Under the pieces are notes generated by a model that was not told the DNA's origin, did not search any database, and worked only from the letters and a program-made list of their open reading frames with translations. From Lama glama (taxonomy: Eukaryota): DNA of 64,000 bases. The translations under genes were made by a program, and so were the position numbers. Where the stretch lies: assembly GCA_028534125.1 (NCBI GenBank), contig CM052816.1, positions 85,748,001-85,812,000 on the forward strand. Direction: 5' to 3'. Shown piece by piece: positions 38,930-52,850 of the stretch (position 1 is the first letter of the stretch; the number at the start of each line of letters is the position of its first letter).

Positions 38930-41720
38930 ATAAAAATCGCTTAATTATTAAGTAATTTTTAAAAGAAACATACAACAAAACACGCTACAGTAACATACAA
39001 ATGAAAATATCATGGTATTTTCCTTGAAACTAACCAAACAAATGGAACTAAGTGAAGGGTTAAGGAAAAAAAATATTGTTTTATATATACATATAAAAAA
39101 TTGGTATATGTTAGAAGTGATTCCAACAATGACGGAGGACACTGGAGTTGCTTTCTTAGTAGATAAGATTAGTAATAGTTGACCCAATAAATGTACAAAA
39201 ATTAAAGTTGGGCAAAAAAAAATTCACAACAGCTAACAGACAATCTTCAGATGAATTTAAAACCTTAGGAGAAAACTAGACATATAAATTAAATGAAGAA
39301 AAATGTGTTATGCTGCCTTTGTAATCTTTTATTGGCAAAGGACTTCTAAAAAAATCTAAAAAGCATAAATTTTATGGTTGAGAAAATAAGTAACAATTTC
39401 TATAACATAATGGATATTCTGAATAATTCAATTACAGCTAATAATCTGAGACAGTGTGATTTTAGAAGCTCCCATTGATATGAGATTAATATCTAAATTA
39501 TACAAAAATATCATACAATCAGGCTGGATAAAAAGGGAAGACTCAACTATATGCTGTTTTCAAAAGACACACTTTAAATATGAAGACTCAAATAGGTGAA
39601 AATGAAAGTGTGGAAAGTTATAAACCATACGAAATAAGCATAAAACACCTGATGCTATTATCAAAATAGGTTTTTTAAAGAGTTATTTTGGACATGAAGA
39701 TCAACTTTTTATAATTTTTAAAAGATCAACTCAAGTGGAACTCATAAAACCTGAAAAGAAATACATATAGTTTCAAATTCATGTAGAAAAAAACTGACAA
39801 AATAAGAGGAAAAGTAAATAAATTATAAAAATTACTGAGTGCAGATACATTAGCTTTACTTTCTGAGTAATTGATAAAACCAATTAGACAAAAACTATAT
39901 TTAAGTAGAGACTTAGGAGATTTAAAGACTTAGGAGATTTAAAGAAAAATGTAAAGTAACTTGATATAGTTAATATTTATAGCAAACTCACCTAGACATT
40001 GGAATAACCATTCCTTTCCAAGTGTACATGAGACATTCACAAGAACAGACAATATTCTGGGCCATAGATCACAAAGATTACAGTCATACAGAGTATGTTC
40101 TCTGATTCAACAACATTAAAATACAGATAAATATCAATAAGATAGAAAGCGTCCTCATTTTTGGAAGTTAAACAACGCATTAGTAATTCATGGTTCCTAG
40201 AAAAATACAAAGGAAAATTATAAAATGTTTCAACAGAACGATAATAAAGTTATAGCATCCCTAAATTTGTAAACAACTAAACATTTCCTAGAAGGAAAAT
40301 TATAACATTAATGATCTACATTAGACAATAAGAAAGCTTGTAATTATTTACATTTCACTTGAAAAATTGGAAAAACTAAATTGAATGTAGTAACCTGGTT
40401 GGGATCCTAAACTGTCAAAAGGACAAGAGTGGAAAAATAGGTGAATGTTAAAGAATGTGTGAAGTTTAGATATCAGTAATTTAATTATTTATTTTTGACA
40501 AATATAGTTGTTTTGTGAGATGTTAACATTAGGGAAAACTGAGTGAAATGTATTCACATACTCTTCATACTGTCTTTGCAGTGTTTCCATAAATCTGATA
40601 TTACTCTATAATAACGAGATAGAGAGAAAAACTATTAATATAAACAATAACCCAAAGAATAAAGCTCAGGAAAATAAGTACTATCAGAGCAGAAGTAAAT
40701 AAAGTAGAAAACATATGTACAATAGAGAAAATAAACAAGTCCAACAATTGGTTCTTTGAAAGATTTTTTTAAATGATAAATACCTAGCAAGAATAATAAA
40801 GAAAAAAGAAAGAAAAAGCACACTACTAATATTAAGAATAAGCGGGACTAACACTACAAAACTAACAACCTTAAAAAGATAATATAAATTTATGTCAATA
40901 AATTTAATAACATAAGTAAAAAGGACAAATCCCTTGTAAATAGCAACTATCCTGAGTTGTACTTAACTGACTGGAAAAAATTTAATTCTTGTTTAATTCT
41001 TGTTAACAAATGAAGTTTTACACTTTAAAGAAATTGAATGTGTAATCAGAAATCTCCCTTCGAATTTCACCTCACATTATTTCACTGATAAATTCTGTCA
41101 AAAAGTTAAGAACACAATATCAATCTACATAAAGTCTTTCAAGAAATACAATGAGAAAATATACTTTCTAACTCATGAGGCTGATACACCCTTGATACCA
41201 AAACTTGATAAAGACATTATAGTTGTTTTTATTATCACAAACCTAGACATAAATCTCCCTTTAAAATTTAGCAAATCAAATCCTCCAATATAGCAAAAGG
41301 ATAATATATCATGATCAAATGGGCTTCATTTTAGCAATGCAAGATCTGTTCAATCCAAAATCAGTTAATGTAATTAACCATAGAAACAAGGATAAAAGGA
41401 AAAAAAATCTAAATAGTTGTAAGAAAGGCATTTCACAAAGTATAATACTCATTTATTATTAAAGAAAAGGATCAGAAGCTTTCTCAATTGAAGAACTTTC
41501 TCAACCTTATAAAGATTATTTATGAAAAACCTATAACTCACAGTGTTGTAAATAATGAAAAGCTGAATGATTTTCTCTATGATCAGAAACGTGGGCAAGG
41601 ATTTTATCTCTGAACACTTCTATGCAATATTTTACTGATAGTACTAGTCAAGTAAACAGTGCAAGAACTATGTAACAGTCATGCATTTACCAAGAAAGTT
41701 TTAATTTTTTCTTTTTGCAA
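38930..41720 (+). mobile_element. Old LINE-1 (L1M4/ME-like) ORF2 remnants with a nested L1MC-type 3' fragment (~40380-40620)
   Basis: Decayed endonuclease/RT-region phrases (gactcaactatatgctgttttcaaaagacacactttaaatat, ttgataccaaaac, tatgaaaaacctata); many stops. Confidence 0.75.
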
Positions 41721-41839
41721 GTGATTGCAAGATTAAAAGTAACCCCAAATAATTTTCAGAACATGGCTTTTCTTAAGATAAACAAAATCTTTGGTCTTAT
41801 ATTGGAGTGACTAAGCACTATTAACTTAGTCTAATATAC

Positions 41840-42296
41840 AGACAAAGATTCTCTGCTTGACCAAACTTTAGTCAGGTTTCTCTGACTTTATCCTTACAGA
41901 GTTCAGTTTTTGTGAAAATCCTGCCAAACTGATTTAACTAGAATTGCACCTTGCCTCCCGATATCTGATCATCCACAATATTGATCAAACTCTTCATCCT
42001 TCACTGTCCCCCAGGTAGTATCTGACCATCCTGATCTGTTTTCAGTAGGAATCCTTTAAGGTCAGTTTAGCAAAAATTAGCCTCTGATGTTTCATATTAA
42101 TAATTTTCCATCTATCAAGCCTCACCGTGCTCGTTGGCTATAAATTCTTACGTTTCCTTGTTGTATTTAGAGTTAAGCCCAATTTCTCTCCCTTACTCAA
42201 AATTCCATTGTGGTAGTCCCTATACCTCTCACAGTAGTACTAAATGAAGTCTGTCTTATCATTCTAACAAATGTTAGCGTATTTTTTTCTTTAGCA
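41840..42296 (+). mobile_element. MER31-type ERV1 solo LTR
   Basis: GACAAAGATTCTCTGCTTGACCAAACTTTAGTCAGG...TTGGCTATAAATT...TTTTTTCTTTAGCA matches the recalled MER31 termini. Confidence 0.8.
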
Positions 42297-44027
42297 TAAA
42301 ATAATACAGGCTATTATGAGTAGAGAAAGTGTCTATATAGATTTCATGGATGTATTTTATGCCATATTTTGAAGCAAGAACCTGGAGCAAGAACCTACAC
42401 TGCTCATTTGTTGTACACAAAAGAGTAGTGGTTAACGGAGAAATGTCCTCATGATTCTTGAAGCAGGAATACCTAGTAGAGGTTAGAAGCCATATCTTGT
42501 AGACCTTAAACCTCATAGTTGAGAGAACAGAACATTGGGAAATATTGAAGGAAAATGTTTTATTCCTGTTCTTTTCGTTTCCACAGGGAGGAGTGTATTT
42601 TTTTAAGATCTCCTACTTTTTCCTCTAGTATCATACTCCTCCCCACAGAACTGAAGTAAGAATACCCAGATGTTAGCAGACACCAAAATTTCCAACTTGG
42701 TTGGAGCTAATCTATCAAAGTGACACACAGAAAAATGGATTCATTTTCCTTCCTTCTCCACCTCAGTCCATTGTGACACAGTAACCTCATTAAGAGTGTT
42801 TTTATTATCACCATCCACAAATATATCCTTTGTTTCAAACAACAAAAATAAAAATAAACTATTTTTATGACAGTATATATAGAAAATAATTTGGATCAAT
42901 ACAGAAAAATTCTAACTTTTATGAATTTTAGAATCTTCTTTTGTGAGATAGGTAATTATACAAAATTTGAAAAGAATAACTATCCACATATTACACAATC
43001 TATCATACAGTCTATATTCTAAAATAAAATAGGTTAGGCCCAAAATGCCGTCTAATAATGTATTTTTTTAAAATAAATTTTATTACACCTGTGACTTGGG
43101 GGAAATTATGAGATTCACCATATAAAGGCAGAATGACTGTAAAAATGCACAGAATCTTTAATAAGTATTTTGTGAATATAATATACAGCATCTCAGACAT
43201 CAGTTATTTTCCCAAATAAGTAAGTGGAAATTGTAAGTTTTCTAAAGTCTTCAATTTAATGTTTTATGTTGAATTTATTCTTTATTTTTGTTTTAATCTA
43301 ATTCATATCTATATTTGAGCTAAAATATTAATTGGTAGGTATAAGACATTTATTTTGCAGTTTTTCACTTACTAAATATAAGAAAGGAATTCTTACTAAT
43401 TATCATTATGAAATTATTTCAATTGTAAGATATCTATTTACATTATTTTATTTATAGAAGATAATGTTAGTTAACACCCAATGAGAAAGTTTCAGTGAAA
43501 GTTAGATACATTCACACTGCACATTTAATTAGGTTATGAATAATTTATTAAAATGGCAGTTATCACATTATGACTCTATGAATCTAATAAGAGCATAAAC
43601 TTCTTTAATTTTAAAATAATTAGTTTTAGGATATCTACTTGTGCTATGGATGCACAAAATAGTTGGGATACTCCAGTTAAAAGAATATTTGCCCAACTTT
43701 ATAAATAGCCAATTTAAGCAAACATCTTCATTTCCCATAATGCATTTCTTAGTTTAGTTACTTAGTAAGTTATTTTAACTTTGGCTAATAAGATTTTTTT
43801 TGTTAAAAAATGTAAAGTGGTTTCCAAGACATTATGATATGCAAAAGGAGTTTCAGAGAGCAATCCAATTTAAGAAAATAACTAACTTCATCTTTTTCTG
43901 CATTCTCATATAACAAGCAGAGAAAAATGTGTCATTATGCTAAAAAAAAAAATCAAGTATATTTTTAGTTTAACTGATGGTTTCAGGCAATAATGAATAA
44001 CATGGAATTAGAATTAAAAATACAGCT

Positions 44028-44132
44028 TTTATTTTTTATTGAAGTGTAGTTAGTATACAGTGTTGTGTTATATTCTATTATACAGCATGTTTCATTCATA
44101 CGTGTACATACTTGTGTTACTTTTCATATTCT
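44028..44132 (-). mobile_element. Short L1 3' end
   Basis: ttttattgaagtgtagttagtatacagtgttgtg...ttttcatattctt. Confidence 0.7.
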
Positions 44133-44259
44133 TGTTTTGTTTTGTCATTTATCTGTATGTTATCATGTTCATTTTCATTCTGTAATACAGATACCTTTGG
44201 CTAAGCCAGCTCCAAATATTGATCTCACTTTTTAGGTTTCCATCTTCTTCCAATTAATC

Positions 44260-44742
44260 TTTTTTCTTTTTTTTTTATTGAAGTATAGTCAGTTTACAAT
44301 GTTGTATCAATTTCTGGTGTACAGAATAATGTTTCAGTCATACATATACATATGTATATTCCTTTTCATATTTTTTTCATTATAGGTTACTACAAGATAT
44401 TGAATATAGTTCCCTGTGCTATAAATTAGAAACTTATTGTTTATTTTATATATAGTAGTTAGTATCTGCAAATCTTGAACTCCCAATTTATCCCTTCCTA
44501 CCTGCTTTCCCCCCCAGTAACTGTAAGTTTGTTTTCTATGTCTGAGAGTCTGTTTCTGTTTTGTAAATAAGTTCACTTGTCTTTTTTATTTTTGTATTCC
44601 ACATATAAGTGATATCATATGTTATTTTTCTTTCTCTTTCTGACTTACTTCACTTAGAATGATGATCTCCAGATCCATCCATGTTGCTGCGAATAGCATT
44701 ATTTTGTTCATTTTTATGACTGAGTAGGATTCCATTGTATAT
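44260..44742 (-). mobile_element. Camelid/artiodactyl L1 3' end
   Basis: Poly-T then ttattgaagtatagtcagtttacaatgttg...tgacttacttcacttagaatg...tccattgtatat. Confidence 0.9.
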
Positions 44743-45360
44743 ATTGGATCCTCTATACATGAAACTATCTAGAAAAAGTGGAACATCAACAACAGGCATG
44801 AATTAATAAAATGTTAAAATAATTGGAATTAATGATTATATTAGGCTGTGACCTCATAACCTACTTAATTCATCCATTGTAGATATTAGATATGGTTTGG
44901 GATAAATTGAACAATACTGAGCCATGTTGAGCATCAAAAGATTGAATAAAATATATATATATAAGCCATACTTTGTTTTTCCTTTTTCAAAATTTTCTTT
45001 TTGTTTTCCTGGGGAGGATGAATCTTGGCAGAGAAGAAGATATCTTACTCTACTGGTTTGTACATGGATTGAATTTCAAATCAACTTGTTGAACAAGCAA
45101 AGGATGGTGTTTATAAAATATTTAAGTATGACAATAAATCCGTGTTAATCTTAATTCAATTGTAGCTCATTATCAAAAAAGAAAACAATTATCTAATTTT
45201 GTAAGGTACTTTAATGATGACTAGCAACACATGCTGATAAGGCTGAACAATTTAAAAAAAAAGTAAGTAAAAGAACTTTCTCTGTTTTTCCTGTAGAATA
45301 ATTTAGCAATTTGTATACTAATTAATTTACTCTATTTTGATAAAATACTACCATTGATAC

Positions 45361-45792
45361 TGTAGTAGATTGAATGATGGTCACTCGAAAGATCTGCCCA
45401 TTCAAAACCTGTGTATGTGAACTTGTTTGGAAAAAGGGTCATTGCAGATGTACTTAGGTTAAGCATTTCAAGATGAAATCAAACTAGGGTTATTCAGGTG
45501 GTTAAATCTAACCATGACAAATATCCTTAGAAGAGAAGAAGACACACAGATGAGAATGTCATGTGGAAGGGAGGCAGGGATTGGAGTGATGTGTGGGTAA
45601 ACTGAGAAACATCAAGGATTGCTGTAATCTGTCAGACGCTAGGAAAGAAAGACATGGAACAGATTCTCCCCCAGAGCCTGATGACACATAACTTTTAGTC
45701 TTCTGGCCTCCAAAACTGGGAGAATAAACTTCTGTTATTTAAGCCATCTAGTTTCTAGTATTTTGTTATGGAATATCTAGGAAATTAACACA
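45361..45792 (+). mobile_element. MLT1B/C-type MaLR solo LTR
   Basis: TGTAGTAGATTGAAT...cttctggcctccaaaactg..gagaataaacttctgttatttaagcc...AACACA; 5-bp TSD gatac/gataa. Confidence 0.9.
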
Positions 45793-46253
45793 GATAATTT
45801 ATCAGCAAAAATATCTTGAGAATCAGTGATAATGGTTTCTAAGCCTATTGTTATTAATCGTCACAGCATTGATCACCATTATATTGTACAACATAGTAGC
45901 CTCACACCTATCTGACTACCTAACTTTGATTGATTGATATATTTATATTTATTCTAAAATAGGTAAACTTTTTCTTGTTTAAATAAGGTATGAGAGGAAA
46001 TGTTTAGCCATCATGCCTTGCTGTCTATATAAGACATAAGGATAACTACAGAGATAAAACAGAATATTATATTTTCTATAATCTGGATAAGGAATGTATA
46101 ATATTAATGATTTTCTATGTACACCCATATTACTTCCTTCATTTTTTAAATATAAGAAATATATGATTATTGCTTAAAATATGAAATATAAAATAAATAA
46201 GCATAAATATGAAATATAAATATCCACAGACTACATGTTTGATATTTCAATAT

Positions 46254-46818
46254 TGAGGTAGATTGTCTTTTGCAAAAGTTATCACAGCAATATCTCCATT
46301 CCCATTTATCTTTCCAAATGTTGCTACTTCTCCTCCCTATCAACTATTGGAATCTATTTTCCTTCCCTTTGAATCTGGGGAAGAGATATTGTGACCCTGT
46401 ACAATACGTATGGCAGAAAAGATAGTATTTGACAATTGAGGCTATATCATTAAAGAATTTAGCCACACCTCTCTCTTTCTCTGTCTCTCTCTCTGGTTCT
46501 CTCATGGAACCTAACCACTCAAGAAGTCTTAATTACATGGAGAGGCCACCAGTAGATATTTCAGTGATAATCCCAACTGAGGTCTCAGCCAATGGAAAGT
46601 ATTAACTGCCAGTCAAGTGAGCTAGTGAGCCTTCAAATGATTCCAACCTTCAACCAACTTCCAGGTGAGGCTCTTGCCCTTGGAGAATGAAAACAAATTA
46701 CCCTGTGATGCCCTATCTAAATCCCTGGCCCATAGAATCCATAAGGGTAATAAATGGTTATTTTATGCACTAAGTTTTAGAGTGATTAGTTACACTAATT
46801 ATGATAGTTAATGGAACA
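46254..46818 (+). mobile_element. MLT1G/H-type MaLR solo LTR
   Basis: TG start, ccctttgaatctggg, acatggagaggcc, cccaactgaggtctcagcc, taataaatggttattttatgcactaagtttt, ends GGAACA. Confidence 0.8.
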
Positions 46819-48809
46819 ATTATATTTCCTGTATAACTTTCAGTTAGTATCATGACATGGACTGGTTCATATTCAGTGCTGAGGAACAAAACAGCACAGA
46901 GGCCATAATGTGGATCAGACACCTTTGATGAGAATAACAATAAATTAGCAGAATTGGGAGAAATTAGTACAGTGTCTCACACAGAGAAGAGGCTCAGCAA
47001 ATACTTATTGAAATACAAAGGAAGAAAAAGCAAAATGTTAAACATACGTATATATTAGTGCAATTAAATGAGAATCTTTAAAATTTTGTTGAGAAAATAT
47101 TTACCTTCAAATCTTTAATAGAAGTGCATATACTATATACATTGAGCTTTTTTTTTGGTAGTGAGAAAAGTGTAAACATGTCTCATATCTGAGATTTTAA
47201 AGCTTTTACTGGTATGCATTATACTTCCCTATGGACTGAAAAAAAATATGTGCAGTGATACTCTGGAGGTTCTCTTGGAATGTCTAAGTTAAATATGTCC
47301 TCTAAAGATTCAGAGATTCTAAAATACATACATTTGTTTTTCAAAGTAGATACTCCTTCTTTCCTTCATGTTGTGCACATCCAAAATTTAAAACATTATT
47401 TTCTTTATCAAGATTTATATTCATGTTTCAAAACTACTAATGTAAAATCATCTCTATTTTCCTCATTTTAACTAATTCTGTTGTGACCACAAACAAGCTA
47501 TTGGTTATATGTATCCACATACACAAACACACATTTGACACCAACATAATTAAACATTTTTCTCGACATCATTAAATATATATGTGTGCATATATATTTT
47601 ATATATATATATATTTCAGGAAAAATTAAATATTTTAAAATTAATTATAGGCCATTGTTTACCAATTCTTAGTAATTAAATTATATTCTTAAAATGTAAC
47701 CTTGGAAACAAAACACATGAATAGAAATAAATTAGAAAAACAACTCTGAGTAAATGTTTCAGTTTTACATAGAAGTTGTTATTATTATAAATCAACCTAA
47801 GCAAGGAAGAAAACAGTATTGTTTATAGATTATTCTTATGCATCATATGTTTTCAACTATGTCAGATGTTTCTAAAGTTATAGAAAGCAAAAATACTGAA
47901 GTATTGTCTGGAAAACAATTATATTTAGAATGAAGTATAGAAAGTTTTATATTAGAAATGTGTTGCTTAGTTTTATTTTTATCTGTAGAAATAAAGAGGC
48001 AATGATTATAATTAGCATTTATGGCATTTATGAAATTAGAAGCCACTGAACATTCCACAGAAACTATTGATCTCTGATTTAATTTTTTATCAAAAATAAA
48101 AAATTATTGTTTTTCACATCCATCATCATAAGTGAAGGGGTTTAATTATGTTTTCAAATGCACACCAATCATCCTAGGCTGTCAAGAAAATTTGTCTAAT
48201 AAATTTTAATTATCTCTGTCTGATAAAACATACTAGAATTTGTTATTTGTTTAAAACCAGAAATTGTAAAGCAATAGATTTTTATTAGTTTACTTGGGTC
48301 ATTAGTGAACTCCTAATTGTCACATCTAATAGATAATAGTCAGCCTTCAATTATTTTTGTTTTCATCTTTAATCAACACTTTATTTCTCTCTTTTTGAGC
48401 TCTATCTTCTTTTTGGTTCTCTCTGGGTTCCAGTCCTATCTTTTTCAGTCTCCTTCAAGATCATCTCTTATCCCATTTACTTCTTAAATGTCGAAGCTCC
48501 TGAAATGGATTTTTTTACTGCACGTGATCTTTCAAGAAGACTCATCAGTTTATCGGGGTTTAATATACACCTAGTTCTATTTAGCTTACAAACTAGCTAG
48601 AAGAGTTAATGGTGGAGCAAATATTAATGTCTTCTCACATAGGTTTTTAAGAGTTAGTTTACAATAAACACGTTGGAATAGTTTGAAATAAAGCTTACTT
48701 CATATTTATTTGTTATTTCAAAAAAGGAGTAAATATGACAGAATGGATTATCATTGACAGCTCTTATTTCCTCCCTATAGTAGAAATAGAGATTCATATC
48801 TTTGGCCAT

Positions 48810-49223
48810 CTTTATTTTCTTTATTTTCTTAACTTCTTTTATTGAGTTATAGTCATTTTACAGTGTTGTGTCAAATTCCAGTATAGCACAATTTTTTCAG
48901 TTATATATGAACATACATACATTCATTGTCACATTCTCTTTCGTTGTGAGCCACCACAAGATCCTATATATATTTCCCTGTGCTACACAGTACAATCTTG
49001 TCTATCTATTCTACTTTTTGAAATCCCAGTCCCTTCCCACCCCCTCATCCACTTGGCAACCACAAGCTTGTATTCTACGTCTTTGAGTCTATTTCTGTTT
49101 TGTATTTATGATTTTTGTTTGATTCCGCGTATGAGCGATCTCATATGGTATTTTTCTTTCTCTTTCTAACTTACTTTACTTAGAATGGCATTCTCCAGTA
49201 ACATCCATGTTGCTGCAAATGGC
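48810..49223 (-). mobile_element. Camelid L1 3' end inserted in an old MLT1 LTR (~48740-49545)
   Basis: ttattgagttatagtcattttacagtgttgtgtcaaattccag...catccatgttgctgcaaatggc, with MLT1-like sequence on both sides. Confidence 0.85.
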
Positions 49224-50057
49224 TTGATAGTTGCTTTAACTAGGTGAATTGTTTTTCAAATTCATTTCAAAATTAATTTGATGAGAGCACATATTTTAAA
49301 TGCTCTTATAAGCTTTGGTTTGCCCTCTTACATTTTTCTAATCCACCATGAAAAAAGAAATAACCATTAGTCCCAGAATGATGAGACAAATGGAATATAC
49401 CTGAACCTAAATCTCAGCCTAGGTGAGCCATCAGAACATAGCTGACCCATATATATGTGTGTGTGCAAAAAATACATTTTAAATTGTTGAGATTTGGAAC
49501 TTATTTCTATGCATCATTTTTACAATAAAACTAACATGGATACAATGAATACTAATCTATTACCTTGATATATTATCTGTGTAAGCAAAATGCATACCAT
49601 AATAGTCCTACCCAGGATCCACATTTCTTTTTCTAATAGTGTTAACCTTGTTCCCTACTCCATTACCTCCAATGTTGTTTAAACAAAAGCTTTATACATA
49701 TACATATATATTTTTATTAAATAAGTTGGGTAATGAATAGTAGACTCTTGTTTCTTGATTAGTGCATCAAATTTTAGTAATGCATTACCAAAATGTCCCT
49801 GCATACTCCCTTCTTACCAGCACAGCCACAAAGTAAAATAATTACAAGAGAAATTTAAGAACGTCCAATTTACATCTGAAAGGTAAATTTCTACGTTTTT
49901 ATCTTAAATAAAATCATTGCCATCTGTCAGTACCATAATATCTTAAAAACCTACTATTTTCTGAAAGAATTTTAAAAGTCTCCTTTTTACACTTATTCCT
50001 TTTGTATTCGTATGTCTGATGGCACTCAACCAATTACCCAAACTAGATGCCTTAGAA

Positions 50058-50376
50058 GTTAATTAAGTAAGGAAGCCATTAGATTGATGTGCCATGGCAG
50101 CCTACGCAAGCAAACTGAAACCTAAGCCTGTGAATGCCTCAAGGTTGCGAATTCGAAGCCAAGGGGTGATCAGTCACAAACAGACAACTAAGCTGTAGGC
50201 TATAGATAATAATTATTTCTTACTTTGCTTCTGCCTTTTCTCTGTAACTCTCTCCCAGAGCTTCTGTTGGTGGAATACTCCTAACCAGTTCCGCTTTGGC
50301 ACTGCCCAGTTCAAATCAATTTTTGTTCAAAATGAACTCTTAAAATTTGTCATATGCCTCAGTTTATCTTTTAAAA
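50058..50376 (+). mobile_element. ERV1 (MER57-like) solo LTR
   Basis: Ends aactcttaaaatttgtcatatgcctcagtttatcttttaa, a typical MER57-group terminus; the start is approximate. Confidence 0.6.
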
Positions 50377-50388
50377 GAAGCAACATTG

Positions 50389-51300
50389 TTAGTCATCAGG
50401 GAAATGCAAATCAAAACCACAATAGGTATCAACTTACACCTGTCAGAATGTCTAGTATCAAAAAGATCACAAATAAGTGTTGGCAAGGATGTGGAGAAAA
50501 GGGAACCCTAGTACACGGTTGGTGAACATGTAAATTGGTGTAGCCAGTATAGAAAACAGTGTGGAGATTTCTTAAAAAACCAAGAATAAGATTACCATAT
50601 GATACAGCAATTCCACTCCTCGGTATCTATCAAAACAAACAAAAATAACACTAATTGCATAAGATACATACACTCCAATGTTCACAGCAGCATTATTTAC
50701 AGTAGCTAAGATATGAATGCAACCCAAATATCCATTAACAGATGAATGGGTAAAGAAGATCTGATAATCTGCATATATAGATGAATTAATAGAAATAGGC
50801 ATCTATCTATCTATCTGTCTGTCCATCTATCTATCTGTTTCTCTAAAGAGTGGAATATTACTCAGCCATAAAAATGAAAGTTTTGTCATGTGCAGCTGCA
50901 TGGATAGACTGAAGGGTATTATGCTTAGTGAAATAAGTCAGAGAAAGACAAGTAGTATATGTTACTACTTATATGTAGAATCTAAAAAAATAAAACAAAA
51001 GAATGAAAATAGCAAAACATAAATGATTCACAGATATAGAGAACAAACTAATGGTTACCGGTGGGGAGGAGGATAGGGAGAAGGGCAAGATAGGGCTAGG
51101 GGATTAAGAGCTACCAATTATAAAATTTATAAAATAAATAAGCATATATTGTACAACACTGGGAATATAGCCAATATTTTACAGTAATTTTAAATGGAGT
51201 ATAATCTATAATAATATTTAATCATTATGTTGTACACCTGAAACTAATATAATATTGTAAATCAACTATGCTTTAATAAAAATAAATGAAAATAAGTTTT
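50389..51300 (+). mobile_element. L1 ORF2 end plus 3' UTR (L1MA9/artiodactyl-like) with an internal (TCTA)n
   Basis: catcagggaaatgcaaatcaaaaccac...acacctgaaactaatataatattgtaaatcaactat plus an A tail. Imperfect TSD aagaagcaacattg / aaaaagcaaccttg. Confidence 0.9.
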
Positions 51301-51499
51301 AAAAAAGCAACCTTGACTTTAATAACCATCACATACTAATTTGACATCTTTATTATTAATAAATACATATTCATCTTTTTCTGTATCCAAATGACTCATA
51401 ACAGAGACTCAGTTCTCTCACAATATTATGATATTCTTCAAATATGGCCTTTCTGCATGCAGTATACGCTCTAACAATAACAACAATAAGAACACTGAT

Positions 51500-51735
51500 A
51501 ATAGTAATAATGTTTATTATATAAATATCTAACTGCTCTGAAGAACTTATAGGTTAAGCATTGTTCTAAATATCTGTATTAATTAACATAATGATCTTTT
51601 GTTAAAGATGATGAAATTGAGGCATATAGATGCTAACTTAGTTACCCAAGTACACATGGCTAACGTGGCAAAGCTGAGATTTGAACAGAAACAATCTAAT
51701 TTCAAGAGTGCAGTTAATTTAATCACTATCCATCC
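51500..51735 (-). mobile_element. MIR SINE
   Basis: agatgatgaaattgaggcatataga...ttacccaagtacacatggcta..tggcaaagctgagatttgaac. Confidence 0.75.
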
Positions 51736-51779
51736 TATGTTGCTTCTCTTTATCTGTGAAATAGGAATTGTAAACAGGT

Positions 51780-52280
51780 TATATCACTCCTCTCCTTTAA
51801 AATTTTCTGTGAAGCTCTGAATCACCTTAGGAAATAGGAGTATAGACTTCATGATGTGACATAGAAGGTATCCCATGATGTACTGCATTCCTCTCTCAGT
51901 TTCATTTTGCATATATCCTAGCATTCCTCTTAGCAGTCAACAAGAGTGAACTTCTTACACCATGCTATTTCTGGCCTTTCATGCTCTCTCCTTTTTGAGA
52001 TTTGTCTCTCTTTTTATCTTTCTATTTTGAAAGCCCTTCCTCTTTTTTAGGATTTAGTCCCAAGCTGAATCATGTTCTGAGATACTCTGAATCAGGGAGC
52101 CAAACCAATATAGTAATCCCTCTTCCAGACCCCATGAGTTTTTTGATATAAAGATGTTCTACAGATAATTGCTCTCCCCCACCTCTTACCCATTATGTTT
52201 TGAGCTATTTTGAGTCAGGGATTTTGATTTTGTCATCTTTGCTTCTCCAGACCTTAGGAAACAAATTCTAAATCATTCTG
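51780..52280 (+). mobile_element. L2 3' fragment
   Basis: atcactcctctcctttaaaatt...ttgagtcagggattttgattttgtcatctttg. Confidence 0.55.
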
Positions 52281-52616
52281 ATAGTATTGTGGTAGTGTAT
52301 AAAAACAGTAAGAGAATATGACACACTACATAATTGTGAACTGTTATGATGATTAAATATCTTAATTTGTTACAACAGTTTTTTTTTTTCTAATTGCATG
52401 GGACTTTTAGTGTCTTGTGTTCTGGTGAGTTCAGAGGAAGAATGGGGTTTAACTACAGGTAAGAGTGAGGCCTTCAACTTTACGGGCGTTTCACCTACTC
52501 TCGGTGCACTGGTTAAAATAATGTAATAAAGCCAATGGAAATTGAAAAGCAAAGTATTACTTTTAGAAAGAAGAGAGGGGCACAATAAAAAGGATTAAAA
52601 AATATAGTGGTACATT

Positions 52617-52850
52617 CTATTCTACAATTTTGAAATCCCAGTCTATCCCTTCCCACCCAAAAATTGTAGAATAGATAAACAGGATTACACTGTATAGCAC
52701 AGGGAAATATACACAAAATGTCATGATAAATCACAGAGAAAAAAATGTGACAGTGAGTGTGTATATGTCCATGAATGACTGAAAAATTGTGCTGAACACT
52801 GGAATTTGACACAACATTGTAAAATGATTATAAATTAATAAAAAATGTTA
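52617..52850 (+). mobile_element. Young camelid L1 3' end with a 5' inversion (twin priming)
   Basis: Perfect 20-bp TSD aaaaaatatagtggtacatt (52597-52616 and 52851-52870) at a TT|AAAA site. 52617-52658 is antisense and 52660-52850 is sense. Confidence 0.93.

Noticed and set aside
39909..39942. Perfect 17-bp tandem duplication AGACTTAGGAGATTTAA
   Set aside because: Ordinary slippage duplication inside a dead L1.
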